A stretch of 63,623 nucleotides of DNA, counting the filler. It is 6 parts of 6 records of this genome, joined end to end, with 100 filler letters (N's around TTAATTAATTAA, not from the genome) between each part and the next. Parts side by side here need not be neighbours in the genome. Positions count along the whole stretch, not along the records: positions 27,878 to 38,661 come from SRR31147125_2736; positions 38,762 to 45,213 come from SRR31147125_2782; positions 45,314 to 55,885 come from SRR31147125_2792; 3 more parts are not named here. One strand, 5' to 3'. Under the pieces are notes generated by a model that was given only the letters and a program-made list of their open reading frames with translations, ran no database searches and was not told the origin of the DNA. Shown piece by piece: positions 36,000-46,209 of this stretch; within the stretch, counting starts at the first letter, position 1, and every line of letters starts with the position of its first letter. Both the position numbers and the translations under genes were made by a program.

Positions 36000-37832
36000 T
36001 CATGGATGATGATCCGGATCCTTGTCGTGGTCCGGGTGGTCATGCTCGTGGTATCGGCGGGGTTGATGGTCGTGCGCCTGATCCTCACCGGGATGGCTGT
36101 GAGCGAAGCGGTGGGGGTGCTCGTGGGCGTGCACGTGCGGATGCTCGTGCTCGGTTTCCCCATGGCGATGGGGATGGGCGTGCAGGTGCCGATGCGGATG
36201 GTTGTGCTCATGCTCGTGTTGAAGGGCGCGGATGGCATCGCTGCCGTTCCGGCGAAAGGCGTAGGAGAGACCGTTCAGATTGCCGAGCCGTCGATCCTGT
36301 ATGAATGCTTCTGTTGCAATGTCTTCGAGTATCATCCCTTGATGCATGACGATCGTACGACAGGTCAGGGCTTTGACGAAAAACATGTCGTGGCTGACCA
36401 GCAGCAGGGTGACGTCGAGGTTGCGCAGGATATTGAGCAGCAGCTCCTCTCCATGCGGATCGAGCCCAGCCGTGGGTTCGTCCAGGATCAGCAGATTGGG
36501 ATCCATGGCCAGGACGCAGGCCAGGGCCAGCCGCTTGCGTTCGCCGCCGGACATGTGCAGGGGAACACGCTCTTCGAAGCCCTCCAGATGCACCATGGCC
36601 AGCACATCGGTGATGCGTCGGCTGATTTCGGATTTCCGAAGACCGATCTGCTGAAGTCCAAAGGCGATCTCTTCTTCCACACTGGGGCAGAAAAGTTGAT
36701 CCGCGCTGTCCTGAAAGACCATTCCCACTTGGCGCCATAAGCGTTTGCGCTTTCGGCGACTCACCGTTTCGCCATCGAAGAGATAAGCACCGTGGCCTTG
36801 CTGCAGCCCCAGCAGGCAGGAGAGCAGGGTGGTCTTGCCGGCGCCGTTTTCGCCGACCATGGCAATCCGGTCTCCCCGGGGAATGGTGAGGTCGATGTTT
36901 TTGAGGGCGTGCGTTCCGTCCGGATAGTGGAAATCATAACCGCGCATCTCTACAATTGCTTGAGCGTCTGTTTGAGCGCCGGGTAGAGAAGTGTTTGTAT
37001 CATCCACTGTGGCACAGGCCGGCCCGCCGGCCGCCGTTTCGTCGTCGCTGTCGCTGACCACCAGGCGGAAGGAGAAATCGAGGCCGTGGGAGCGCAGCTC
37101 TTCGCGCTGGGAAACCAGATCGTCCATGGCGTAGTCGTGTTGGATACGGCCGCTTTCGAGCACCACTGCCCGATGGCACAGCTCATAGAGGAAAATGAGG
37201 TCGTGGCTGATGCAGATCAGTGTGCCGGAAAACCCCTTGAGCAGATCGAGGAAGACCTGCTCCTGGCGGGGATCGAGATTGGCGGTCGGTTCGTCGAGCA
37301 GCAATACGGCGGGCTGCATGGCCAGAAGGCCGGCCAGTGCGGCCCGTTTTTTCTGACCGAAGCTCAGGTGGTGAGGCGCTTTGTAGATTTTGTCTTCCAG
37401 ATAAACCTGCTGCAGGGCCAATCTGGCCGCCTGATCGGCCTCGTCACGGGTGAGGCCCTGATGGCGGGGGCCGAAGGCGACGTCGTCCAGAAGGGTGTGC
37501 CCGAAGAGCTGGTCGTCCGGATCTTGAAAGAGAAGGCCGATCTCAAGGCGGCTTCTTTCAAGATGCGCTTCGATGAGAAGATTGCTTTTGTAATGCACCT
37601 CACCGGTCGAGGGCGGCAGCAGACCGCACAACTGTTTGATCAGGGTGGTTTTGCCCGAACCGTTTTGCCCGACCAGGGCGATGCGATCGCCTGCAGCAAT
37701 GTCGAGGTTGATCTCCGACAGGGCCTGGGTGTCATCCGCATAGCGATATGAGAGGTTCCGGACGCTGATCAATTGGGATGATAGGGGGGATGCCGTTGCA
37801 GGTGGCGATTCCGTTTGCGTCAGTTCGTGCAT
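36000..37832 (-). CDS. ECF transporter duplicated ATPase (CbiO/NikO-like A-A') with His-rich C-terminal tail
   Basis: Two Walker A motifs (GQNGSGKT, GENGAGKT), FQDPDDQLF/FQDSADQLF, LSFGQKKR/MSGGERKR and DEPT; (HX)n tail. Confidence 0.92.
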   Translation of the reverse strand: MHELTQTESPPATASPLSSQLISVRNLSYRYADDTQALSEINLDIAAGDRIALVGQNGSGKTTLIKQLCGLLPPSTGEVHYKSNLLIEAHLERSRLEIGLLFQDPDDQLFGHTLLDDVAFGPRHQGLTRDEADQAARLALQQVYLEDKIYKAPHHLSFGQKKRAALAGLLAMQPAVLLLDEPTANLDPRQEQVFLDLLKGFSGTLICISHDLIFLYELCHRAVVLESGRIQHDYAMDDLVSQREELRSHGLDFSFRLVVSDSDDETAAGGPACATVDDTNTSLPGAQTDAQAIVEMRGYDFHYPDGTHALKNIDLTIPRGDRIAMVGENGAGKTTLLSCLLGLQQGHGAYLFDGETVSRRKRKRLWRQVGMVFQDSADQLFCPSVEEEIAFGLQQIGLRKSEISRRITDVLAMVHLEGFEERVPLHMSGGERKRLALACVLAMDPNLLILDEPTAGLDPHGEELLLNILRNLDVTLLLVSHDMFFVKALTCRTIVMHQGMILEDIATEAFIQDRRLGNLNGLSYAFRRNGSDAIRALQHEHEHNHPHRHLHAHPHRHGETEHEHPHVHAHEHPHRFAHSHPGEDQAHDHQPRRYHEHDHPDHDKDPDHHP

Positions 37833-37844
37833 CCGTTTGCTCCC

Positions 37845-38661
37845 TTAAAAGACCAGGCGATCGTATAAGATCAGAGTGACGCCCGTGATGATCCACAGGC
37901 CGGCCCATATCAGATCCTTTGCCTGCATGTGCAGTTCAGCCGACTCCGGAAACCGTCCTTTGTAACCGCGCGCCCGCATGGCATCGAAAACCCGTTCGGT
38001 GCGTTCAAAGCTGCGGACGAACAGCATCCCTAAAAAGTTGGCGACGGCTTTCAAGGTGGCCACGTCGGTTCGTTTACGGAAACCGCGGACCTGCATGCCG
38101 GATGACATGCGTCGTGCCTCCTGGCGGAACACATTCAGATAGCGGTAGCTGAGCAGCAACATCTGACCGATCATCTCCGGGACGCCGAGCCGGGATAGCC
38201 CCTGAAGGGTCTTCGGCAGCGGGGCCGTTGCGAGCAGCGGTTCCATCAGCAGCGTGATGGCCACGGCTTTGGCGGCAATCGTGGCGGCCAGCAGGAGGCC
38301 GCGCAGGTTGAAACCGAGCCATGTTATCCGGTTGATGACGAGCACCTTGTCTCCGTCATGAACCGGGACGGTAAAGGGCATGACCACCAGAAACATGCTG
38401 ATAAATCCTGCGATGGCCAGAAGGCGCATCAGAACTCTGGAAAAAGAGGATTTTGCCACCAGCAGTACAATGCAGGAGAGGGCGATGGCGATGAGGGCCG
38501 GTACAATGTGGGTCAGGGCCGCCACCATGAAGCTGTAGACAAGAATCGTTACGATCTTGCAGCGCACATCCCAGTGGTGCAGCGGAGATGCGTAGGTATC
38601 AGCTTCGATGGGCGGCACCGACCAATCCGGCTCTTCCCCGGGCGCGCTGCGTGAGCGCGCC
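37845..38661 (-). CDS. cbiQ: ECF transporter T component (CbiQ/NikQ-like), probably 5'-truncated
   Basis: SPLHHWDVRCK, YRY, RSFERTERV..AMRARGY; the frame is open to the contig end. Confidence 0.88.
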
Positions 38662-38761
38662 NNNNNNNNNNNNNNNNNNNNNNNNNNNNNNNNNNNNNNN
38701 NNNNNTTAATTAATTAANNNNNNNNNNNNNNNNNNNNNNNNNNNNNNNNNNNNNNNNNNNN
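38662..38761. other. Artificial contig spacer
   Basis: N44-TTAATTAATTAA-N44. Confidence 0.99.
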
Positions 38762-39099
38762 CCCTCATACCCATACTTGAACCCGTATACTTGTTTTACC
38801 CCATAATGATGATACAGGCTTTTAACTATCGACCTTATAACGTCATTTAATCCGGGGCAAATTCCCCCACAGGTGACAATTCCACAATTAAGGACCTGGG
38901 GATCAAAAAATATTTTATCTCTTGCACCTGCCATTTCAAAAGCAGGAAGAGGATTCCTATTATCAATGTACGGTTGAAGATCAGCTACTCTGCTATGATA
39001 AAGTACACGTTCATCGTCAGGAGTAAAACATACGCCCTGCATCGGCGAGCCGACAGTACACTCGCCGAGTCTGTCTATCCTGAAATCATTGATGTCCAT
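38762..39099 (-). CDS. pfkA: 6-phosphofructokinase (group X type), 3'-truncated
   Basis: FEMAGARDKIFFDP, GIVTCGGICPGLNDVIRS and YGFKYGY. Confidence 0.9.
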
Positions 39100-39227
39100 G
39101 ATAAATGGATAATATCATATATCTGAATTCATTATAACAATCAGCAATTCCTAACACTTCATGCTGTATTGAATATGATAGCCAGTCAAATCTATCCTTC
39201 GCTGGTTATCTTTTCCAGGCATATAAC

Positions 39228-40010
39228 TCAAGCAGCCATCTCTTCTTCAGACGGCTCTTTCGCTCCCGTCATGAACGCAACAGCATCGGACATGGAATAT
39301 TTCTTCGGATCGATAACGCACAACCGCTTGCCCAGTCGATGTACATGAATCCTATCGGCAACCTCGAAAACATGGGGCATATTATGCGATATCAAGACTA
39401 TCGGCATACCCTTTGATTTAACGTCGAGAATCAGATCAAGTACACGGCGTGATTCTTTAACACCAAGTGCCGCCGTCGGCTCGTCCATAATGACAACTTT
39501 TGAATCGAAGGCAACAGCCCGGGCCACTGCGACACCTTGGCGTTGACCGCCGGAGAGGGTTTCAACGGTTTGGTTGATACTCTGGATCGTCATCAGGCCC
39601 AGCTCGGTAAGTTTATCTCTGGCTATATCTTCCATCTTCTTATGGTCAAGCAGCTTGAAATACTTGCCCATCGGCCCTTCTTTTCTCAACTCACGGCCCA
39701 TAAACATATTGTCCGTAATAGAAAGGGCTGGTGACAGGGCCAGGTTCTGATAAACCGTCTCGATCCCTGCTTCCCGGGCCTCCATCGGTGAAGAAAAATT
39801 AATAGGCTTTCCCTCAAGCTTGATTTCACCATCATCGATCTGCATTGCACCGGAAATAGCCTTAATTAGACTTGACTTGCCGGCCCCGTTATCACCAATG
39901 ACTGCTAGAATCTCTCCCGGATATAGATCGAAATCGGCTTGATCAAGGGCAGTAACCCTACCAAACCGCTTAGTCACGTTTCTTGTAGTGAGAATAGGCT
40001 CTTGGTTCAT
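39228..40010 (-). CDS. frcA: Fructose ABC transporter ATP-binding protein
   Basis: GDNGAGKS, LSGGQRQ, DEPTAALGVKE and YSMSDAVAFMTGA; start at ATG 40010. Confidence 0.88.
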   Translation of the reverse strand: MNQEPILTTRNVTKRFGRVTALDQADFDLYPGEILAVIGDNGAGKSSLIKAISGAMQIDDGEIKLEGKPINFSSPMEAREAGIETVYQNLALSPALSITDNMFMGRELRKEGPMGKYFKLLDHKKMEDIARDKLTELGLMTIQSINQTVETLSGGQRQGVAVARAVAFDSKVVIMDEPTAALGVKESRRVLDLILDVKSKGMPIVLISHNMPHVFEVADRIHVHRLGKRLCVIDPKKYSMSDAVAFMTGAKEPSEEEMAA

Positions 40011-41085
40011 GATGCCACCTTTCGTATCCATTGATCAATTGCTACCGCTATAATTATCAGCCACCCGATTGCAAATACCTGCCAGAGAACATCCACCCCG
40101 GCAAGTCTCAGGCCGGATTGAAAAACGCCGACGATTACGGCGCCTATTAACGGTCCCATAATGGAGCCGCGACCACCGAAAAGTGAAATGCCTCCAATAA
40201 CGACAGCAGTTATTGACTGGAGGTTTCCCTCGTAAAAACTCTGCGGTGAAATTGAGCCAACCCGCCCAATTGACGCCCATGCCCCCAAGGCACAGACGAA
40301 TCCGGCTACCATATAAACCGATACGAGTGTACGATCGGTACGAATACCTGACAATTCTGCAGATTCCTTGTCGTCACCAATGGCGTAAACATGCCTTCCC
40401 CAGGCTGTTTTGTTCAGCATATACCAGAGCACCACGAACAACAGGATCATCAATATGACACCATAGGTAAGCTGGGCATTGCCTATGGCTAGATTGGTTC
40501 CGAAGAATTTGAGCAGAGGCGCGTGTTTATCGATATCTTGACTTCGAATAGACTGTGCTCCGGATAACCATAGATTTAGTGCAAAGAAAATGTTCCAGGT
40601 ACCCAGTGTGACAATGAAGGGGGAAGTTTCAGTCGTGTGACCATTAGGCCGTTTAGCATTCCTGCAGCTGTCCCGCCGGTAAATCCGATCAAAATAGCGA
40701 AAAATGGCGGCATTCCCAGATTAACGGCAAGCTTTCCCATAATGACGGACATAAGAACCATAATTGCCGCCACAGACAAATCGATACCAGCGGTTAAAAT
40801 AATCAGGCTCTGAGCTGCCGCCAGAATGCCGATAATAGAAACCTGCTGCATGATCAGCGAAAGATTGAAGGGCGAAAAGAATTTATCGCCGCTGATGAAA
40901 CCAAATGCAATTACACTCAAAACTAGGACAATAACAGGAACCATTGTTGGGTTGGAATGCAGGAAATGCTGAATCCGGTCGGTTATTGTCTTATGCTGAG
41001 TTTCAAAGGAGGCTACCGACTTGTCACTCTTGTCAAGAACCTGCTCAAACCCCTGGCCTTTACTGGTTGGTTTTTCTTCGACCAT
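40007..41085 (-). CDS. frcC: Fructose ABC transporter permease (~359 aa; one base missing in the G-run at 40619-40623)
   Basis: ILTAGIDLSV; KLPP|FIVTLGTW restored by one added base; GRHVYAIGD and AVVIGGISLFGGRG. Confidence 0.88.
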
Positions 41086-41190
41086 CGAACTTCCTCCACA
41101 CGCTTGAAACTAAAAGTGCTTGTCTAGATTTCCGTCACACTTCCAATAAAGCAATTTGTTCGAAACTATCAGAGTTTAACGCGGATAACA

Positions 41191-41235
41191 AGCTGCTGTT
41201 GCGGCCGACCGCTTTGTCGGCCACTCACAGCAGCT
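41191..41235 (-). terminator. Intergenic stem-loop after the SBP gene (mRNA stabiliser or partial terminator)
   Basis: AGCTGCTGT..GGCCGAC pairs with GTCGGCC..ACAGCAGCT. Confidence 0.55.
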
Positions 41236-41254
41236 GTATATTATTCTTATACGA

Positions 41255-42286
41255 TTAACCCCAACACTTCTTCAAAGCTTCCTCAGACGGTGTTGACTCC
41301 ATACCTTCGACAGGTTCGTCGGTAATTAGCTCAACTCCGGTATCGTAAAAATCCAGGCCGGGTGTATTTTCAGGTTTTGCACCTTTTTCCGCCCACTCTT
41401 TGATTGCCTTGATGCCTTTTGAAGCCATCAGCAGCGGGAACTGCATAGACGTGGCGCCGATGATTCCTTCTTTGACATTCTGAACACCGGGACAGCCGCC
41501 GTCTACAGAAACGATAATGACACCTTTATCTTTCCCGAACGCTTTTAAGGCCTCATAAGCGCCTGCTGCAGCAGGTTCGTTGATAGTGTAAACAACATTG
41601 ATATCGGGATCTTGCTGAAGAAGATTTTCCATGGCAGTGCGGCCGCCTTCTTCATTGCCGTTGGTCACATCATTTCCAACGATTCTCGGATCATCTTCGT
41701 CACCGATGTCGGTAGGATTCTTGATATCGATACCGAAACCCTGCAAGAACCCCTGGTCACGGAGATAATCGACAGAGACTTCTGATGGATTAAGATCAAG
41801 CAATGCAATCTTAGCATTTGCTGCATCCTTGCCAAGCTTTTTGGAAGCCCATTGGCCGATCAGTACACCCGCCTTGAAATTATCAGTTGCAAAAGTTGCA
41901 TCGGCTGTATCAGCTGGTTCAAATGGAGTGTCGAGTGCAATTACAAGCAAACCGGCGTCGCGCGCTTTGCCAATTACCGGAGCCAACGCCTTGGAGTCTG
42001 AGGGGGTAATAAGAATACCTTTTGCTCCCGAAGCGATACAGGTCTCTACTGCAGCAACCTGGGTCTCGACATCACCATCGAGCTTGCCGGCAAATGTCTG
42101 CAGGTCGATGCCGTTTTCCTTTGCGCCCTGAAGCGCACCTTCTTTCATCTTCACAAAAAATGGATTGGTATCTGTCTTAGTAATCAGACAGGCGCCAATG
42201 TCGGCGGACATAGCAGGGCTTGCTGCAGATAAGCTCAGTGCAGCAGCCACACATAATGCAACTTTCATTCTGGATAGATTGGTCAT
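41255..42286 (-). CDS. frcB: Fructose ABC transporter substrate-binding protein
   Basis: [47 protein letters not shown] and terminal CWG; GGGAGG RBS before ATG 42286. Confidence 0.9.
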   Translation of the reverse strand: MTNLSRMKVALCVAAALSLSAASPAMSADIGACLITKTDTNPFFVKMKEGALQGAKENGIDLQTFAGKLDGDVETQVAAVETCIASGAKGILITPSDSKALAPVIGKARDAGLLVIALDTPFEPADTADATFATDNFKAGVLIGQWASKKLGKDAANAKIALLDLNPSEVSVDYLRDQGFLQGFGIDIKNPTDIGDEDDPRIVGNDVTNGNEEGGRTAMENLLQQDPDINVVYTINEPAAAGAYEALKAFGKDKGVIIVSVDGGCPGVQNVKEGIIGATSMQFPLLMASKGIKAIKEWAEKGAKPENTPGLDFYDTGVELITDEPVEGMESTPSEEALKKCWG

Positions 42287-42415
42287 GATAAGAACCTCCC
42301 ATTTTCTAGTTGTTTGTGAAGGGGCACACCCTGCAACCTTGCTCCTCTTTGCAAAAGTCCGTGCTGAATGATTTTGCCCCAAGGTATAACCTAACAAACA
42401 CGATTTAAAAACATT

Positions 42416-42450
42416 GTCAATAAATAATTCACATTGATTTAATTATTGAC
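42416..42450. promoter_or_regulatory. Candidate FrcR operator in the divergent promoter region
   Basis: GTCAATAA...TTATTGAC inverted repeat enclosing TAATTCACATTGATTTA. Confidence 0.5.
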
Positions 42451-42537
42451 TAATAATTGTTCATCCGGCATAATAGGTTTACATTTGATCAACCCAGAAA
42501 TATTGATTTCCTTTAATTGGGAACCTCAGGAGAATAG

Positions 42538-43764
42538 TTGTTGATGAAAGATCGGTTATTAGGAGCAAATGGTCCGTTCTTGAGAACGAAGCCTAGAGTT
42601 TCAAACCAGGTAGATGTGCGGATCTCAAACGAGAAGCTTGTTCTCTCTTTGGTTAGACTGCACGGCAGCATGTCCAAGGCTGAGATAACCAAGATGACCG
42701 GTCTCTCTGCACAAACCATTTCAGTGATTATGCGGGAATTGGAGCAAGAGCAGCTCCTCGTTCGTGGTGAGCCGGTTAGAGGCAAGGTTGGCCAACCATC
42801 CGTACCGATGTCTTTAAACGAAGACGGCGCCTACTTTCTTGGTCTGAAAATTGGCCGGCGCAGTTGCGAACTGGTATTAACCAACTTTCTCGGTACGATT
42901 GTATCTTTTAAACGAACAACCTACAGTTTCCCCCTACCCAAAAATGTTGAAGAGTTTGCCCAGGCCGCTATTGATCAAGCCGTTTCTTCCCTTGATAAGA
43001 AGGCCGATAAGATTGCTGGTCTCGGTATCGCTATGCCTTATCAGTTATGGAACTGGGCAGATGAGATAGGTGCAAAAGCTGCGGAAATGGATCAGTGGCG
43101 AGCATACGATATACGTGAATCTTTCTGTAAAATTTACAATTGGCAAGTGTATGTCCTAAATGATGCCAATGCCGCATGTGGAGCAGAACTTGTGTTCGGA
43201 ACGCGCAGGCACTTGCAGGATTTCGTTTATTTTTTTATCGGGACTTTTGCCGGCGGCGGTATTGTTTTAAACGGAAGTCTCTATTCAGGAAGAACCGGAA
43301 ATGCAGGAGCGCTTGGGTCAATGCCGGTACCTGGTATAAATGGATCGACCCAGCAGCTCATTGAACAGGCTTCCCTGATCACCCTGGAACGCACCTTGGT
43401 CTCCAACGGCAAAGACCCTGCTCAGTTATGGCAGGCTGATGGAGAATGGACTGGAATCGAGAAAGAGACAGAGGCATGGATGCAGACAGCTGCCAAAGGA
43501 TTGGCTCATGCAACCATCGCGGCTGCCGCAGTAATTGATTTTCAGGCGGCATTGATAGACGGCAGTTTTTCTCCTGCACTTCGGACAAAGCTCGTAGAGA
43601 TGATTGGTGTTGAAATTGGAAAGCTCGACCTGCAGGGTATTGTAGCTCCCACGGTAGAGGAAGGAACAATTGGTTCGGTTGCCCGCGCCTTGGGCGGGGC
43701 AAGCCTGCCGCTGTTTGATCATTATTACATCGACCAGATTGCATTAACCGATCAACCCGTATGA
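42538..43764 (+). CDS. frcR: ROK-family transcriptional regulator
   Basis: N-terminal HTH (SKAEITKMTGLSAQTIS), RGKVGQPS, NDANAACGAE and GNAGALG; divergent from frcB. Confidence 0.88.
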   Translation: MLMKDRLLGANGPFLRTKPRVSNQVDVRISNEKLVLSLVRLHGSMSKAEITKMTGLSAQTISVIMRELEQEQLLVRGEPVRGKVGQPSVPMSLNEDGAYFLGLKIGRRSCELVLTNFLGTIVSFKRTTYSFPLPKNVEEFAQAAIDQAVSSLDKKADKIAGLGIAMPYQLWNWADEIGAKAAEMDQWRAYDIRESFCKIYNWQVYVLNDANAACGAELVFGTRRHLQDFVYFFIGTFAGGGIVLNGSLYSGRTGNAGALGSMPVPGINGSTQQLIEQASLITLERTLVSNGKDPAQLWQADGEWTGIEKETEAWMQTAAKGLAHATIAAAAVIDFQAALIDGSFSPALRTKLVEMIGVEIGKLDLQGIVAPTVEEGTIGSVARALGGASLPLFDHYYIDQIALTDQPV

Positions 43765-43844
43765 ATCGTAAGTGACGATAACCTTGCATGCAGTAATCCG
43801 TCGGTAAACAATACTGGATCTGAAAAATATGAACTGAGGTTCTT

Positions 43845-44768
43845 ATGATTATTTGCTGTGGAGAAGCTTTAATTGATATGCTCCCACGTCAGCTCGACAG
43901 TGGAGAGTCCGCGTATTTACCGGCAGCCGGCGGAGCCGTTTTTAATACAGCGGTTGCGCTCGGACGGCTAGGCGAAGGAACCAGTTTCTTTTCAGGAATT
44001 TCAACGGACTTTTTCGGTGAGAGGCTCATCTCGACCCTTGAGGATGCCGGTGTTGACTGCACAAACACAGTCAGATCTTCACTACCGACTACGCTTGCAT
44101 TTGTCACGTTGAAAGACAGTCATGCCGAGTACACATTTTACGATGAAAACAGTGCGGGCAAAATGATTTCCTCTAAGGAGATTCCCCAATTCCCACCGAT
44201 AGAGGCTGCTCAATTCGGAGCAATCAGCCTTATTGGAGAGCCATGCGGTATGACTTACGAAACACTGGCAATGCAATTGAAGGATAATGCAGTCATCGCG
44301 CTGGACCCGAATATCCGTCCAGGTTTCATAACCGACGAGAAGTCATACCGGGCCAGACTTGAGAGAATGTGTGGAATTGCCAATATCATCAAGGTTTCCG
44401 ACGAGGACCTGCGGTGGCTGCATCCCGGCAAGAGTTTTGAGGGCTGCGCCCGCGCTTGGTTATCCGGTGCTGCACAGATTGTTATTCTCACAAAAGGAGC
44501 AGAAGGAGCAATAGCTCTTACCGGAAATTTTGAGGTTACTGTTTCTGCAATTGAAACTCAAGTGGCAGATACTGTCGGTGCCGGAGATACTTTCAATGCC
44601 GGGCTCCTGAGCGGACTCCGTCAACGCGGTTTTCTCGATAAGAAAAAGCTCGAATCAATATCAGCCAGTGACCTGCAGTTTGCGATGGAGTTTGCTGCCC
44701 GTGCTTCGGCAATCACCGTTTCAAGACCGGGCGCCGATCCGCCCTGGCATCATGAGCTAAGTATGTAA
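43845..44768 (+). CDS. PfkB-family fructokinase
   Basis: CCGEALIDM, GGAVFNTAVALGRLG, DPNIRP and DTVGAGDTFNAG. Confidence 0.9.
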   Translation: MIICCGEALIDMLPRQLDSGESAYLPAAGGAVFNTAVALGRLGEGTSFFSGISTDFFGERLISTLEDAGVDCTNTVRSSLPTTLAFVTLKDSHAEYTFYDENSAGKMISSKEIPQFPPIEAAQFGAISLIGEPCGMTYETLAMQLKDNAVIALDPNIRPGFITDEKSYRARLERMCGIANIIKVSDEDLRWLHPGKSFEGCARAWLSGAAQIVILTKGAEGAIALTGNFEVTVSAIETQVADTVGAGDTFNAGLLSGLRQRGFLDKKKLESISASDLQFAMEFAARASAITVSRPGADPPWHHELSM

Positions 44769-44798
44769 TTGGCGCAACAATGTTTGAGCCAATGCATG

Positions 44799-44822
44799 CA
44801 AGTACTACAGCAAGTACTACAG
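44799..44822. repeat. Perfect 12-bp tandem duplication
   Basis: CAAGTACTACAG x2. Confidence 0.8.
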
Positions 44823-44844
44823 ATCTTTTCCATTAAATTTTTAA

Positions 44845-45213
44845 ATGAGCACGAACTTGTTGTACAAATACGACAGCCTTGCCGAAGAGCTTAACCGGAA
44901 AGTCGATTCATTGGCTTCAGAAATGCAATTCTGGGTGGGACTCGCTGGTGCACCGGGAAGCGGAAAAAGTACGGTTGCAAAAGAGTTAAAAGTGAGACTG
45001 GGAAGCCTTCTAGCGATTATTCCAATGGATGGCTACCATTATTACCGCCGGGAACTGGATGCGATGGAAGATCCATATGAAGCTCACCGTCGTCGTGGCG
45101 CATCGTTTACGTTTAACGCCGAAAAGTTCGTGAACGATCTGATATTGGCTCGTCAGCAAGGTGAAGGAGTTTTCCCCGGCTTCGAGCACGGTGTCGGCGA
45201 TCCCGTAGAGGGG
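44845..45213 (+). CDS. frcK: FrcK/YggC-like P-loop kinase, 3'-truncated
   Basis: GLAGAPGSGKST, PMDGYH, RRGA.FTF and PGF.HGVGDP; located in the frc locus. Confidence 0.75.
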
Positions 45214-45313
45214 NNNNNNNNNNNNNNNNNNNNNNNNNNNNNNNNNNNNNNNNNNNNTTAATTAATTAANNNNNNNNNNNNNNNNNNNNNNNNNNNNNNN
45301 NNNNNNNNNNNNN
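45214..45313. other. Artificial contig spacer
   Basis: N44-TTAATTAATTAA-N44. Confidence 0.99.
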
Positions 45314-45901
45314 TGAGTTATTATCAATAATAGAATCTCTCCATACATTCTCATAAAGCTGATCCTTAGTAAACACTCTATTAGGATTTTCCATTAGGAA
45401 TTTCATGAGCATTATCTCTTTTGAAGAGCATAAAATCTCTTCTCCATTTTTGAATAGCTGATATGTATCAATGTCTAAAATAAATGGATCAATGATAATT
45501 TTTCTAGATGTGTTCTGTATTTTTTTTATTTTATCACCTCTTCGTAGGTGAGCTTTTATTTTGGCGATCAATACAGCCATACTAAATGGCTTCGTTATAT
45601 AGTCATCAGCTCCCATACCTAGAGCAAGTATTTTGTCATAATCCTGCTTTTTACCACTAAGGAAAATAACTGGCACATCAATACCATTCATTTGAAGTTT
45701 TTTGAAAACTTCAAACCCATCTGATTCAGTTAACATAATATCAAGGATGATTAAATCGAAATTTTGAGAGTTAATTAGTTCTTCAGCCTCGATTTCAGTA
45801 GAAGCTGGAAAAACATTTATATTTTCCGGCTCAAGAGCCTTCTTTATCATCCTACATATAACCTGATCGTCGTCAACTAATAATACCTTATAAGCTTTCA
45901 A
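45314..45901 (-). CDS. OmpR-family response regulator, 3'-truncated
   Basis: LLVDDD, DLIILDIML, GADDYITKPF and winged-helix segment; GGAGG RBS before TTG. Confidence 0.92.
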
Positions 45902-46209
45902 TTTGTAACCTCCTAGAACAATTGCAGTTAATTGTTTGGATATACCACAATTTGACCTTCAATTAACTATAAAAATAAAAAATATAACAGAAAAATAAAT
46001 GAATAACTTCATTTTACTATATAATCAAAAAAAATGCATGTATTATTTAATTTCTTAAAAAATTTTAAAAATTCAAATATAAATAATTGTTGTATAATTA
46101 AATTAAATATTATATTGACTTTCTAAAAGAGCTTTGTACAAGGACTAAAATTTCTTGAAAGTTATAAACGTTACAAAGAACTTAATAAATTATTAATTGG
46201 AGTATCTAA

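Noticed and set aside
29086-38654. Many overlapping and antisense ORFs in the GC-rich contig (e.g. 29455-29871, 32251-32979, 36006-36740, 37086-37751)
   Set aside because: They are shadows of well-supported genes, with no motifs or RBS, as expected at high GC.
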